A model generated the notes under the pieces. It had not been told where the DNA came from. It saw nothing but the letters and a program-made list of their open reading frames with translations, and did no database searches. From Octopus vulgaris (lineage: Eukaryota): a DNA stretch of 64,000 bases. The stretch's first letter is position 1. Each line of letters starts with the position of its first letter. The DNA is taken from assembly GCA_951406725.2 (NCBI GenBank), contig OX597823.1, positions 20,584,001-20,648,000 on the forward strand, written 5' to 3'. Made by a program: the position numbers and the translations under genes. Below are positions 15,729-29,258 of this stretch, piece by piece.

Positions 15729-16035
15729 ATATATATATAAATAGATACATATACACAAATATATATACCTACAAATATACAAAAACAAACGCACATACAT
15801 ACACATATAAATACATAAATTATACATACGTATAGACGCATAAACAGAAATTAGAGGGAAGAGTGAGTGATTTAAAGAATGTATGTTTGAAAATTTAATG
15901 ATGCAAAATATTTTAAATTAGTAAAATGATATCTTTTATTCTTCGCATTGTTAGGTTTCCAGTAATATACCTAGAGGAACATTATAATGTAATACTTCTA
16001 AATGCCTCATATATTTCACTTACAGTGGCATGCAT

Positions 16036-16097
<62 letters not shown>

Positions 16098-16549
16098 AGC
16101 CATACGTATATTTCAATATCATCCTACATGAATCAGACGATTCAAGGTAATTTATTAGTTAAATATTTTATTCATGTTACTACTTTGATCTCCTAAATAA
16201 TACAGAAAAATTATAGATTTGACTTTGGTTAAGTATCAAACACCATAATGAATGCTAGAGAAGGGAAACCTTGCTGCTTCCAACGGTTGATTGGTAAATT
16301 TTTCAGTCGGCTTTCGGGCATAGACGAGATATGATTTATAAAACATCTTTTTGAGAAAAAAAAATTAATAATCGAAAATTTAAAGCTCTAAAGACATAAA
16401 TTAAATTCATGTCTTATTCTCTGCATTGTTAGGCTTTTCTGTCTGTTACGAAAATATCATTATCCAAAATGATTCTAGATACATAATTTTTTCAGTTACG
16501 CGTACATGTGTGTGTTTTTGTGTGAGTGGGCGCGTATATATATATATGG

Positions 16550-16836
16550 CAGCGAAACCTGAACTCCATATCGTAGCGACGTCCATAAATTAGAATGCTT
16601 TCTCCAACAAAAGCTTCATTCGATATTGAGCATCGAATGGAAACACTATGTAACCAACTACAAAGCCCTGAAAAGAGCCAGCAGTCAAAGTATGGAATCG
16701 CTGAACATGAAACACCGTCTTTGGTGGTCAGGACATGTAGCAAGAATGGAAGAGTGAAGGTTCTCCCGCCAAGTCTTATTCAGTAAGCTCACGTCAGGAA
16801 AACGACCACGGGGTTGTCCTCTTCGAAGATACAAGG
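16550..16836 (+). mobile_element. RTE-clade LINE fragment (C-terminal to the RT)
   Basis: ILSIEWKHYVTN...HRLWWSGHVARMEE*RFSRQVLFSKLTSGKRPRGCPLRRYK matches the RTE pattern RLRWxGHVxRM...GKRxxGxPxxRYK. Confidence 0.8.
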
Positions 16837-17453
16837 TGATTTTTTATCACCCACAGGGAGCTAAACAAAGAATGGGACAATACAAAACGTGACAAACATA
16901 AACTTGGGGAACTTAATAAGATGAAATAAGAAGAAAAAATTTAAAAGAAACGAATGAAAATATGAAAGAGTATAATGAGGCGCAATGTCCACTCGACCCC
17001 CGAAGTCAAGTGGTTACATTTAGACAGTTTTTCTCCTTTTCATAAATGAATAACTATTTTAATTGTGGGTTTTTTTTCACAAAAATTACATTCGAATTTT
17101 TTCTTTTCAGTTTTTCGTATTCCATTATAGTAGGTGGATTCTCATGCAACCGACACAATTTCACCAGTTTTACATTTTTAGCAAATCCCTCCATGAATTT
17201 TTCGAAGATACAAGAACCAACTCAAAGCAACTCTAAAAGGTACTGGAATTGAGCCTAAATCGTTTGAGACACAAGCCCGAGACCGTATCAAGTGGTGGTG
17301 TTCCATCACCATCGGAACCAAAATCCTTTAAGCGACTAGTAAAAAAAAAAAAAGAAAAGATCAAACGACAAGAGAGAATTGCTCGACAAAATCCCCACCG
17401 TCCTCCACCAACATTTAGACCGAGAGCCAGCCTGATTTGATTAGACGTGAATC

Positions 17454-18199
17454 TCCAAAATACTGGCAAGGCACACAAATGGTCCTAATACCATGAAACG
17501 TGATTCTTAAGTATGCTTAGGTATGGATTAATTAATTATGAGATAATCAACTTGCGTAAATAAATAATTGAATTAGACTTTAAACTCCAGTAATGAATCA
17601 CATTGAATATTACTCCTTAGACACAAGTGATACTTAAATAAAACTTAAGAAAAAAAAACGGGTATGGAAAGACAAGTTAAGAAGTTTTAATTAGACTCTT
17701 AATTAGGGATTTATTAGACTTTCTGCTCCAACGTCAATTACTTCGCAGAATTGTTCACTAAACCCAACTGAGTCTATTCATGTCACGTAAGAACCATTTT
17801 AGGTATGGATTTCCTAAAATTAGGTATGGATTTTCCATTACCTAAAATGGTTTTTACGTGACATGAATAGATTTAGTTGGGTTTAGTGAACAATTCTGCG
17901 AAGTAATTGACGCTGGAGCAGAAAATCTAATTAATTCCTAATTACGTGTCTAATTAAAACTACTTAATTTGTTTTTCCATACCCTTTTTTTCTTCTTAAG
18001 TTTTCATTTAAGTAACACTTGTATCTAAGGAGTAATATTCAATGTAATTCATTAGTGGAGCTTAAAGTCTAATTAAATTAATAATTACGCAAGTTGATTA
18101 TCTCATAATTAATTAATCCATACCTAAGCATACTTAAGAATCACGTTTCATGGTATTAGGACCATTTGTACACATATTGTGCCTTGCCAGTATTTTGGA
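17454..18199. mobile_element. Large foldback (palindromic) element with arms of about 350 bp
   Basis: 17476-17559 is the exact reverse complement of 18085-18168; inner arms imperfect; repeated AGGTATGGAT motif. Confidence 0.9.
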
Positions 18200-18377
18200 A
18201 CTTCAACTGAAATTCAATCAGGACTGGCTCCTGCATTAATTGCAATACAGTCAATGCCATCGTCTCTTCTATGCAAGAATTGGTCGACAGAGTCATCAAC
18301 TACATCACCATAAAGGAATAAGTCAGCAAAGAGGAAAATCAATACTCGGATACGAGAGAAGGCCGCCACCCATATGT

Positions 18378-18514
18378 ACACATACATACATACATACATA
18401 CATACATACATACATACATACATACATACATACATACATACATACATGCATACATACATACATACATACATACATACATACATACATACATACATACATA
18501 CATACATACATACA

Positions 18515-18550
<36 letters not shown>

Positions 18551-18556
18551 TATATA

Positions 18557-18602
<46 letters not shown>

Positions 18603-18745
18603 AATATACATACATACATACGTACACATACATGTATATTAGATATATATATACATACACACGTATATATATATACATAATGTATATATATATATATATA
18701 TTTACATACATACATATATGTGCGTGTGTTTGTGTGTGTGTATAT
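18378..18745. repeat. (TACA)n/(TA)n microsatellite
   Basis: Directly visible. Confidence 0.95.
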
Positions 18746-19429
18746 ACAGCATTTCTGATGAATTGTAAGATATAAAAAAAGTGACTAGTAGAAGCAATAT
18801 ACTGATCAAAGGAAAATGCTAGATTTATCTATTCAGTAAAGCAATTGATGAGATTTACAATATTGAGACTAATGTCTGATGAAATACTGAACTAAATCGT
18901 CTTAACGCTCCTCTTCAGCAGGTGCCAATCTTCTGTAAATGAACAGTAACCAGCTTATATTGAACCTATATAAATGTAATTACTTATAGAAAAATAACGT
19001 CTGTCTTATGAAAATTTTCGAGCCTGGCTCTTTATGACTTTGATTTTCAGCTCCAGAAAAAGAAGCAAAACAAAATTGTTGATATTCATGTGTTTCATGC
19101 CACATTTTCACAGGCTGCATAATTCGAATTCTTGTTAAAAGATTATCGTTTTGCTTGAACTTTCATTACGAATCTTCAGGCGAAAAACCTATGTTACAAA
19201 ACTGCGAAACCGTGAGTAAACTTTAAATCACACATGGAACCATATCTCTATAAATTCTCTACACATATGAACAGTGCTGTCTCACTTTCTTGTTCATGCA
19301 TCGATAAGTATACTGTTTACACAACCTACATACGGATTCGTACAAGGCAAACACCGGACGCACGTATTTAATAGACTTTAACAAAAGAGGCGACATGCCT
19401 CGTTCCTCAAAACAGTAATAAGGAAAAAT

Positions 19430-19810
19430 TATGATCGGTGTTCTGGATGGTCAGCGCGTAATTGAAGCGTTCATAAGCCGCGTTGTAAAGATCGGTCGTC
19501 CTTTGTAGGCCATCTACGGTCCAGGTCGAGGTGGCACTGTCGTGCACATACAGCATCTCACGGGCTGTCATTGCTCGGTTTGGATGTCCGGAGGACGTCA
19601 TTACCTTGGTCCGCTCCCTTCACGACGTCATGGTGGGTAGGATATGCCATCAAAATGACCTCACATATCTGTTTCCTATCAAAGCAAGGATGAACCCTAG
19701 CGCCAACCTGTTTTATTTCTCCCAGGACTCGCCTCCCATCAACATATGCTATCGCTTCATAGTGGACCCTTCAATCTAGCATCTCTTCGCGCAAAGACGA
19801 GGACCTCCAC
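19430..19810. mobile_element. RTE LINE reverse transcriptase fragment with internal inversion
   Basis: Plus 19562-19810: IARFGCPEDVITLVRSLHD...NICYRF...FNLASLRAKTRT; minus 19563-19430: REMLYVHDSAT...GLQRTTDLYNAAYERF (decayed YADD region). Confidence 0.8.
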
Positions 19811-21217
19811 CATATATATATATTGTATTTCGGGATGGTTACTTTTTTATTCCAAATAAACACAGGAACGATATATTCGTTCTTCACACATTTATTATTG
19901 TTCTTATTTACCTCATATCCATTGTCCGGAAATCTTACGCCACACATCTGTGACGTCGTTCGTTCTCATGTGTGTGTATTTGGCAAACAAAAATATCTAT
20001 CCCGAAATACAACATTATCTGTTTCAACACATGGTTTCACATCAAGAATCTTGCAATACAAATACATAAACGTCTATATATACAGATTAAATGTATCCTG
20101 CGTCGCATTTCTCTTTTCTAATCCACATTCATGCTTCTATTTTTGAATTACCTTTTCTTCTTGCTGTTCTTTTGTTTCCTTTCATATTGATTTTGCAAGA
20201 TGACGGATGGTCAAGCACAAGCGGATTTTTGATACTTGAAGAAAACCTTCATTCTCTTTCAGTGACTTGGGATTATAAACGCATACACACTTCACATTTC
20301 TCTCTTTCACCCCCCACACTACTACTACTACTTGCACCGAGTACATGGAGAGAAATATTCCATAGATCTTTCAAAATGTTTGCTGGAAGACTTTGTAATT
20401 TTAGCGAATGCTTTATCCATTTTTAGAGTGTCAGTAAATAAACTTGGCAGTCTTCATTTGATTAAAAGAGCAATATGTCAAGTCTTGTTTTCAACATAAT
20501 ATCCGCTTTTTTTTTTGACAATTTAAAGGAAATAGTTTTTGACTCTAAATACCAGAATTTAAAGCTTATTCAGATAATTTTTGTGAAAATTCTGTTATTA
20601 GTGTTTAAGTAGATTTTGTTGTGTTGACTGCAGATTACATCCGTTGTTCTTTACACACACACACAGACACACAGACATACACACACACACACACAGACAT
20701 ACACACACACACACATCATGTCAGTTATCTTGCGTTGTCTAGCACACCAATGATGATGCCACAAAAGATTCTCTGTATAATCATAGGAGTTAAAGTATAA
20801 TATTTTAATAAAAAAACACTTTTATGTGAGTTAACCCATTGCTCTGAAAAGATGTTTCAGTTGAATACGGCAAGTTTTTAGAAGTTTTTCGATGGCTTGG
20901 TTAGGTTGTGTCCTCAGCTTCCACCATGCTCCGAGCCTTCAATACTGATGTGATCGATATGGTTAATGCTTGTCTTGAACAGAAACAAAGCTACAGCGAA
21001 AACAAGGACATGCACAAAATTCCAGTGAAACAATGTTTAGAAAAACAAAAACGATTAGAATGTGTTAGTGTGAGGCCTGTGAGTGAACAGAAAAATGCAA
21101 GTTGAATGACTGAGGCGATCCTGAGTCGATATATGACGAGGCCAACAGGTTCATAAAAGTAGAAGATGAAGTCACATATATATGGGCCGCAATTTGGAGA
21201 GTATTCTATATCTTATA

Positions 21218-21446
21218 TCTTTACTACCCACAAGGGGCTAAACACAGAGAGGACAAACAAGGATAGACAAACAGATTAAGTCGATTACATCGACCCCAGT
21301 GCGTAACAGATACTTAATTTATCGACCCCGAAAGAATGAAAGGGAAAGTCAACCTCGGCGGAATTTGAACTCAGAACGTAGCGCCAGACGAAATACCGCT
21401 AAGTATTTCACCCGGCGTATTAACGTTTCTGCCAGCTCGCCGCCTT
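21218..21446 (-). mobile_element. SINE family A
   Basis: Matches other copies. Confidence 0.9.
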
Positions 21447-22085
21447 AACCATCTTATATATTTATACATGAAATGACTGAAAACAAGAACTTGAATATAC
21501 ATTCTTTTACTTGTTTCACTCATTGGGCAGCAGCCAAGCTGGGAACTGATCGAACAAATCGATCCTGGAGAGTATTGGCAACAAACTCAGGTGACCAATT
21601 TATGTCTTTTTACGTGGCAAATGTGCCGTCCCAGAAGTTGAAACAGTATTCTATTCCGAGTTGAGTTAAACCTTGTTAACTCAGGTGTTTTCGCTTGTTT
21701 ATACTTAAATCATGATTTCATCTCCATAGTCTCATTCGTTTGAAGGACATAGTCTGATATATATGATAGTTGGTTTTGTTTGTGCTTTCACGCTTGTGAG
21801 ATCGAAACGATTGGTGTTCAGCTTGAGCATCTGTCTGTTGAATATAGTAAGAAAATGGATGGATAGAGAATTCTCGGAAAGAAGTAGTAGTTTATATTTA
21901 ATCAGTCCCTTAGGATTACCGGACACAGTATACAATGGAAAAGTGTGAAGTGTAGCATCTGGAGAGCCACAGTAGAAGTGTTGTTTGCACCCCTAATAAA
22001 CGTAGCAGCAGAAATGGTAGATATGAAATAGTTTATCAGTGATAGGGATTATTGTAGCGTATGGTGAGTGGGTCTTGGCCAATCA

Positions 22086-22640
22086 CTTTTCTTTTATTCT
22101 TTTATCTGTTTCAGTCATCTGACTGCGGCCATGTTGGGATACTGCCTTTAGTCGAGCAAATCGACCCCAGGTCTTATTCTTAGTACTTATTCTATTGGGC
22201 TCTTTTGCCGAACCGGCAACGTATTGGGGCGTAAACACACCAATATTGGTTGCCAAGCGATGGTGGAGGGACAAACAGACAAAAAGTCATATATAAATTA
22301 AAAAATTTTAAATTTTAATAATTTAAATTTTAAATTTTATATTTTATATACATATTATATATTATATTAATTATATTTATTTTTTGATTTTTTATGTTTT
22401 GCTTTATGTCTATCACTGTTTGAGTTGCCTAATAGTGGTTTTATCTCTAATTTAATTTATATATATATATATATATATATATGATAGGCTGCTTTCAGTT
22501 TCCGTCTACCAAACCCACGCACAAGGCATCGGTCGGCTGGGGCTTTAGTAGAAGACACTTGCCCAAGGTGCCACGCAGTGGGGCTGAACCCAGAACCATG
22601 TGGTTGGTAAGCAAGTTACTTACCACACAGCCACTCCTGC
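22086..22640 (-). mobile_element. SINE family B with an AT-rich insert in its internal microsatellite
   Basis: Tail half 22086-22280 and head half 22485-22640 separated by about 200 bp of AT-rich sequence. Confidence 0.85.
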
Positions 22641-23747
22641 ATAGTTTATTTGGAAATTCTAAATCATTAATGTGCGTAGATGATATGAAGACACCACTGT
22701 AATCTTAACCTCAAGTAAAATGTGTATAAAGTTTGTATAACTTCATAAGTCAGTCATATCAGAGGATGTAAATATTGTCTTTGAAATACTGTTTCGTCAA
22801 ATGCAATGGCCTACATTTTGAACTCAAAACCAACCGAAATGAAGTTTTTTCTCAAACTACACATGTCGATTCTTCCTGGATTTTTCCCGATAGATTCTTT
22901 CCAACACATTGTAGACACTTCTGCTTATTGCCGCTAAAGTTTCTCAAAGATGTGAAGTACTTCAGCATCTCTAAGTGAATTATTCAAACATTCTTTGTAA
23001 GCTCTTCTCTAAATTCTCAGACACCATTTTTTTATCTATAGAGTTTACTTGCTCCTGCTAAATATATTTTAAGGTCATGTTGTCAAGCAGTTGCGAAAAT
23101 TGCATCCAAAATCAGCTATTTCCCACGGAAATACTGCGATTCAATGTTGAGAGATCCACACATTGGAGATACCAAACTCTTGTAAGCAAAGATAGTGCAA
23201 CTTTACACAGTCGATCTAAAATACTACAGTGATCCGCTATTTCTTTTTCGAAGTCATTAGATATTTTTCAAATTCACTCACCAAACTTATTATATATATT
23301 AAATAAAGTTCATTAGTTATAACTGGGGATATTACAGATAATTCCCTTTCAAAAACTTGTAACGAAGACAGCCAAATGAAAATGTAATTTTAATGCATCT
23401 ATTTCTATTTCCACAGTTGCTTCTCGTTAACAATTCGTTGGAAGAGGATTCATTGAAAGTGTTAATGATTTCTCACCATTCTATGATAATGAGATATCAT
23501 TTCTATGTAAGATTAATTTTTCAGCACTGAACTGGGGAACCAGTTATATTTATTTATTTATTTATTTCTGTACAGATTGTGAATGTTAAAAGGTAATTCT
23601 TCTGCAACATGTGACTATTATAAATAGAAGAGAATGGTTAATTCATTTTATGAGAACCAAGTTTGGATTATCTAATTTCATTAATGTGCAAAAGAGAATT
23701 ATTATGGATGCAGATGTTTGAAGCTCCGTCCATTACAATTGCAAGAC

Positions 23748-23778
<31 letters not shown>

Positions 23779-23934
23779 CTTCTTCTTCTTCTTCTTCTTC
23801 TTCTTCTTCTTCTTCTTCTTCTTCTTCTTCTTCTTTTTCTTCTTTTTCTTTTCTTCTTCTTCTTCTTCTTCTTCTTCTTTTCTTTTTTTCTTCTTCTTCT
23901 TCTTCTTCTTCTTCTTCTTCTCTTCCCCTCATCA

Positions 23935-23990
<56 letters not shown>
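23748..23990. repeat. (CTT)n followed by (ATT)n trinucleotide repeats
   Basis: Directly visible. Confidence 0.98.
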
Positions 23991-23995
<5 letters not shown>

Positions 23996-24508
23996 TGTTA
24001 ATTTTTATCATTCCCACATCAAATCACTGAGCTGGTAGAAGCTTTTGCCCTTCGGACCAAATATTTAGTAGCATATCTCCGGATTTTTACGTTCTGAGCT
24101 CAAACACCACCAAGATCAACTTTGCCATTCAACCTTTCCAAACAGATAAAATGAATTACCAATTGTATCTTAGGGCTGATATAATCAAACTTTGCTGCCA
24201 CACCATTCAAGAAATTTTCACGACTTAAGATAAGATACTAACACAAAATTATTTTATATCTTTTTACCTCACGTGGAAGTCTATTGCATTATAGATGACT
24301 CACCATACAGTAGCTACTAGGGCACTATTAGTAACGTATTCTGAACAAATTGTTCAAGACGTCCTTAAGGTGCACTATAGCATTTTTAAATATATCATAA
24401 ACGTGATCAAAATTCAATATTAGTTGAAATTAATTCTAAACCCAAAATATTTCGAAGATTATCAATATCAGTACTCAAAATATTGTAATGAAATTTCATA
24501 TATATATA

Positions 24509-24658
24509 GGCGCAGGAGTGGCTGTGTGGTAAGTAACTTGCTTACCAACCACATAGTGCTGCGTGACACCTTGGGTAAGTGTATTTTACTATAGCCTCGG
24601 GCCGACCAAAGCCTTGTGAGTGGATTTGGTAGACGGAAACTGAAAGAATCCCGTCGTA

Positions 24659-24708
<50 letters not shown>

Positions 24709-24937
24709 TGTGTATATATTTGTGTATCTGTGTTATCCCCCCGACATCGCTTGACAACCGATGCTGATGTGTTTACATACACGTAACCTAGCGGTTCGGC
24801 AAAAGGGGACCGATAGAATAAGTAGTAGGCTTAGAAAGAATAAGTGCTGGGGTAGATTTCCTCGACTAAGGGTGGTGCTCCAGCATGGCTGCAGTTAAAT
24901 GACCGAAACAAGTAAAAGAGTAAAAAGACTAAAGAGT
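24509..24937 (+). mobile_element. SINE family B
   Basis: Head, internal (TA)n and tail present. Confidence 0.9.
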
Positions 24938-25940
24938 AATATGACAGAATTTCTGTGGAAGCCCTTTGAAGAAACAATTCCAATTTGACGTGCTAAATTT
25001 GAACTTCCCCGATTAACGCGACTGCCTGATCTACAGTTATGTTACCGAAGTGTATACCTTTATAAACTTTGAGGCTAGACTTCTATCATGAAGGTGATTT
25101 CTTCTATTCTCTCTACCAATCACAGATGCTCTGATAAGGGTTAGCGAGCGCTCATTCTTCATTCAACTAAACTCTTAAGACAAAAAATAAAAATTAATCA
25201 TGTTAGTGAAAGACTAGCTTCCTGAAGATTAGTAAAGCATCGTAACATTCATATCATAAACTCTGGTAACATTCTGGACACCTACATGAATTCGCCAAAA
25301 GCGAATGAAAAATTTACGTTATAAACAGACATATTGCTTTAGACCAATATCAAGATGTCTAACTAAAATTGCTGTACGTCAAACTGAAATAACTGTAATG
25401 ACTAGAAATAGTGGTCGGAACGGTAATGTTAATTACAACTGTCACTTATAAGGTGAACTTAGGCTTGTCTGTCTGGGGGTGGGGACATATTCATGATGAC
25501 AGATAGCGAATTCAATTACAGGTGAGTTACAAAAGTACACCGACCGTCTGCACTATGATTAGATATTTAAACAGTTAGTAATGAAACCATATGTTTCTAG
25601 GTTTGTTCAGAGCTGGTGGCAACTTGGGCGAGTATTTTTTGTACACACGGGTTTATCAGTTTCTTGTTTGCTGAATTTATAATGGAAATTTTGTGGGCGT
25701 GTAGTAAAAAGATATACGTATAAACGTTAGACCTCACACACACACACGCGCCAACACACACACGCATACAAGCACATACACACATATACCTATGTCTAAA
25801 CGGTTTATGTGTATACATATATGCACTTATACACACGTCCATACGCACAAATGCGCACGCACACACACACACATACACGAAACGCACATCACTCCACAAA
25901 ATGCACGAACTAGGTATACTTATACACATAAGCACACAAA

Positions 25941-26039
<99 letters not shown>

Positions 26040-26169
26040 TTAAGAGGAATTTAATTTTGTATGTAACACAATTTTTAATCTTCGAAGTTTTAAAACATGC
26101 TAAGCCACTGGTTTTAATTGATTAATATCAATTTCTACCCTTTTTAATTAATTTTAAATATATATATAT

Positions 26170-26460
26170 AAGCAAAGGTATGAGAGGTATTGGTATGCAG
26201 AAGACCCAAGGTGGCAGGTAACGCTATGCAAGTGTTAAACTTTCGTTTCGATTATCGTACGTGTGAGGTGTCTAATGTGGATCTTGAATAAACATGTATA
26301 TGTTAAATGAAATGGACAACAGAACCAAAGCTGTGTGAAATTTTCAGGACATTTATAGAGAGAAAGTTAGTCTTTCAGCTGATTCTAGGATATTAGGGGT
26401 ATCCCTTCATCGGACACGATCTGTGATGGTTAAATAGAGGCAACTAAGGAGTATATAGTG
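26170..26460 (-). mobile_element. Penelope-like element with degenerate hammerhead motif (26370-26414)
   Basis: Minus: CCGATGA-AG-GGATA...ATATCC-TAGAATC-AGCT-GAA-AGAC; related to 60801-60848. Confidence 0.5.
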
Positions 26461-26465
26461 AAATA

Positions 26466-27396
26466 GTACGCCCCATAAAAAATAATCGAGAAGGGCGAGA
26501 TCTGGGATATTACTGGGTCAGCTGTCGGCTATGAAAAAAAAATGGCACCTTCTCGCCAAGGAAGGCCTGTGTTGGTTTTGATACATGGCATGGTACAATA
26601 TCCTGGATCAGCATCACATTGTCAAGCCAAAACGTCTGCTCTTCAGGAGATACAGATACTCCTTTTTTGCGGATCTTCAAGTGAAACTCAACGAAGTGAC
26701 ACTTCCTTCTCTCGCCACGGCTTCAAATATCACCAGAGAGGTAGGATTCTTAGTCTCAAACACTGGGGGCCGTCAGAAGAGCTGTTTGCTATCACTCGAG
26801 AATTTCTGCGATTCACCTCAGCGTCCACAGTGAATTTCTCGTCCACGAACACCAGAGGTTTTCCTCCACTTTGATGCTTGAGGAATGACACAAGCTTTGG
26901 GTATCTCTCGGCTCTGATTGCTTTGGCCTTGCCTGTTAGGAGGTGAATGCATCTTCGAATATAGCTGGTCATGCCAAGGTTCTGTGTTGAAAGATCTAGA
27001 AATCGTACAAGGGACACATCACATTTCGTAGCAAGAGCTGTCGTGGAGGTGCTTGAGTTGGCTTCAATCGAACGGTTGAGTCTAGTGAGAAACTTTGGTT
27101 TGTATTTCGAATCACTTCGAGCTTTGTGTACTTTTCTATCAATCTTTACTTCTTTAAATTGTTTATACACACGATAAACTGTTGCTTTTGGAAGTTTCGC
27201 CAACTCAACAATTCTATCGGCAATGTGCCCGGCGCGTGCCAAAACAACAAAAGCGGAACGATTCTGCTGTTCCATGATTTTCTGTTGCCAAATCAGTTCG
27301 CTATTTACCGGAAAAATAAAGATGAGGGTCAGATTTTCAAGCAGTCAAGGTTTTGGCGGAAAATGATGACAACTTCTTAAAATTAATCTCAAATGA

Positions 27397-27399
<3 letters not shown>
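26466..27399 (-). pseudogene. Tc1/mariner superfamily maT (DD37D-like) transposase pseudogene, 3'-truncated
   Basis: ORF 27275-26730 with HTH-like KATVYRV and VFVDEKFTVD...NRRNSR; downstream frames give IQD...PS NIPDLALLDYFLWG, about 37 residues between the Asp residues allowing a 1-nt slip in a poly-T run; starts TA-CAGATCATTTG. Confidence 0.85.
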
Positions 27400-27458
<59 letters not shown>

Positions 27459-27599
27459 TGTATGTATGTATGTATGTATGTATGTGTGTGTGTTTATAAT
27501 ATAAATTACATATATATATATATGCAAATATACATAGGTATATGTACATACGTCTATGCACATACGTCTATACGTGTCTCTCTCTCTATATATATACAT

Positions 27600-27965
27600 A
27601 TGTGGGCACAGGACGTCATGAAACGTGTACAACAAAAAATACGAAGTACGAGTGCGAGGAATATGAACAATTTTTTCTAACTACGAAAGACACAAATGGA
27701 AAACAGGACAAACAACATAAAGAATGACCCTTCATCAGTGGTTGGCTGTTTTTCTACTCTCGTATTTCGAGCATTTAACAACAATTTACGCTTTCGGCAA
27801 AACAGTTGCTCCCGCAGGCAAATTAAAGAAAATTTGGGATTTTGCGGAGGTTCAAAATTGGTAACACAAACAGGACGGGCTGCTAAGCTTAAACGAGGAT
27901 GTGGTGGCGAACGCGCAAATCAAGCTTGGACAGGAGACAGACAAGAATACGTCTTCCTTGTTTTG
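27600..27965 (-). mobile_element. TA-adjacent non-coding repeat, possibly Penelope-like
   Basis: Minus strand has GCTCGAAA and CTGATGAAGG near 27728-27772 and a pyrimidine-rich tail ending at a microsatellite. Confidence 0.35.
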
Positions 27966-28108
27966 CGGTAAGTAGCTTGCTTACAAACCACATGGTTGCG
28001 GGTTCAATCCCACTGCGTGGAACCTTGGGCAATATCTTCTACTGTAGCCTCGGGTCAAGCAAAGTCTTGTGAGCAGATTTGGTTGACGAAAACTGAAAGT
28101 AGCCGGTC

Positions 28109-28157
<49 letters not shown>

Positions 28158-28305
28158 TATATAAGATTTATATGTTTGTATGTGTTTGTGTCCCCCTCCT
28201 TCGCTTGACAACGGATGTTGGTGTGTTTATGTCCCCGTAACGTAGTGTTTCGGCAAAAGAGACCGTTAGCATAAGTACTAGGCTTACAAAGAATAAATCC
28301 TGGAT
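27966..28305 (+). mobile_element. SINE family B, truncated
   Basis: Matches other copies. Confidence 0.85.
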
Positions 28306-29258
28306 CTAAAAGTATATATTTCATTTCAAATTTCAATTAATTGCTATAATATTATAACTTTGCAATTTTGTGGTAAGTTTTTTTTTATTCCCATGCAATG
28401 ATTCCCAGTCATAGTTTAGAGCTTTGTCCCCATAACATTTATTCCATTATCCTTCAAAAATCTTCCTTTATTAATAGTATGGTAATTAGTAACAGTTTTG
28501 TTTCTTTTTTCTCCTTATCTTCCATTCCCTATCCCTCACTTCCTTGTTACTGTCCTCTGCCTTGTCGACTTGTGGATATAAAGTTTGTATATTACTTCCA
28601 TCACAAATAGCGTTGATAATTTAATAGGTTGACGGGACCACGGATCCTTTTCGTATCACTGACCAGTGGACATTAAACAACTCCTTAATAGATAAACCCT
28701 AGACTAATCGAGCCACTCCCTCCTCTAAATTTCCCTGTTCTGATCAAATATAGAAAATTCTGGTAAATATATTCTGTCAAATAAAATAGTAACTGTATGG
28801 CTATAAATGGCTTAGTTCTGTGGATTTTAAACCATGTTAAATCATTTTGAATTTCCATTATTATCATTATTAAGGGTTATAAAACCGAGAAAGGTTTATT
28901 GCAGAGAGGTGGGAAAAGCAAATAAGGACTAAAATGATATAATGGTTCCATTAATCAATTAAAGGATTCATTTGAAATGGCCGTAGAGGATTGAAACCTG
29001 TATCTCTACAGTTACTCATTTATATTTTACTCACTTTTATCGGAATCTGCCTTTTGTCCTTCGTAAATATTTTGGATCATATATTTAATACAAGTGCATG
29101 GCTGAATAGCTCAAGAGCAGATTTCTTCACTTAGCCGGGTCTAACTGTCTACATACACTGCAAGAATATCATTCGGTACTTATGTACCAAGTTTAATATT
29201 TACATAATATTGTTGTTTGTGTATATTATTCCGACCTAACGAGGGGCCTCAATTTAAA

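Noticed and set aside
21740-22080. Possible LINE 3' end on the minus strand
   Set aside because: Too decayed to assign by eye
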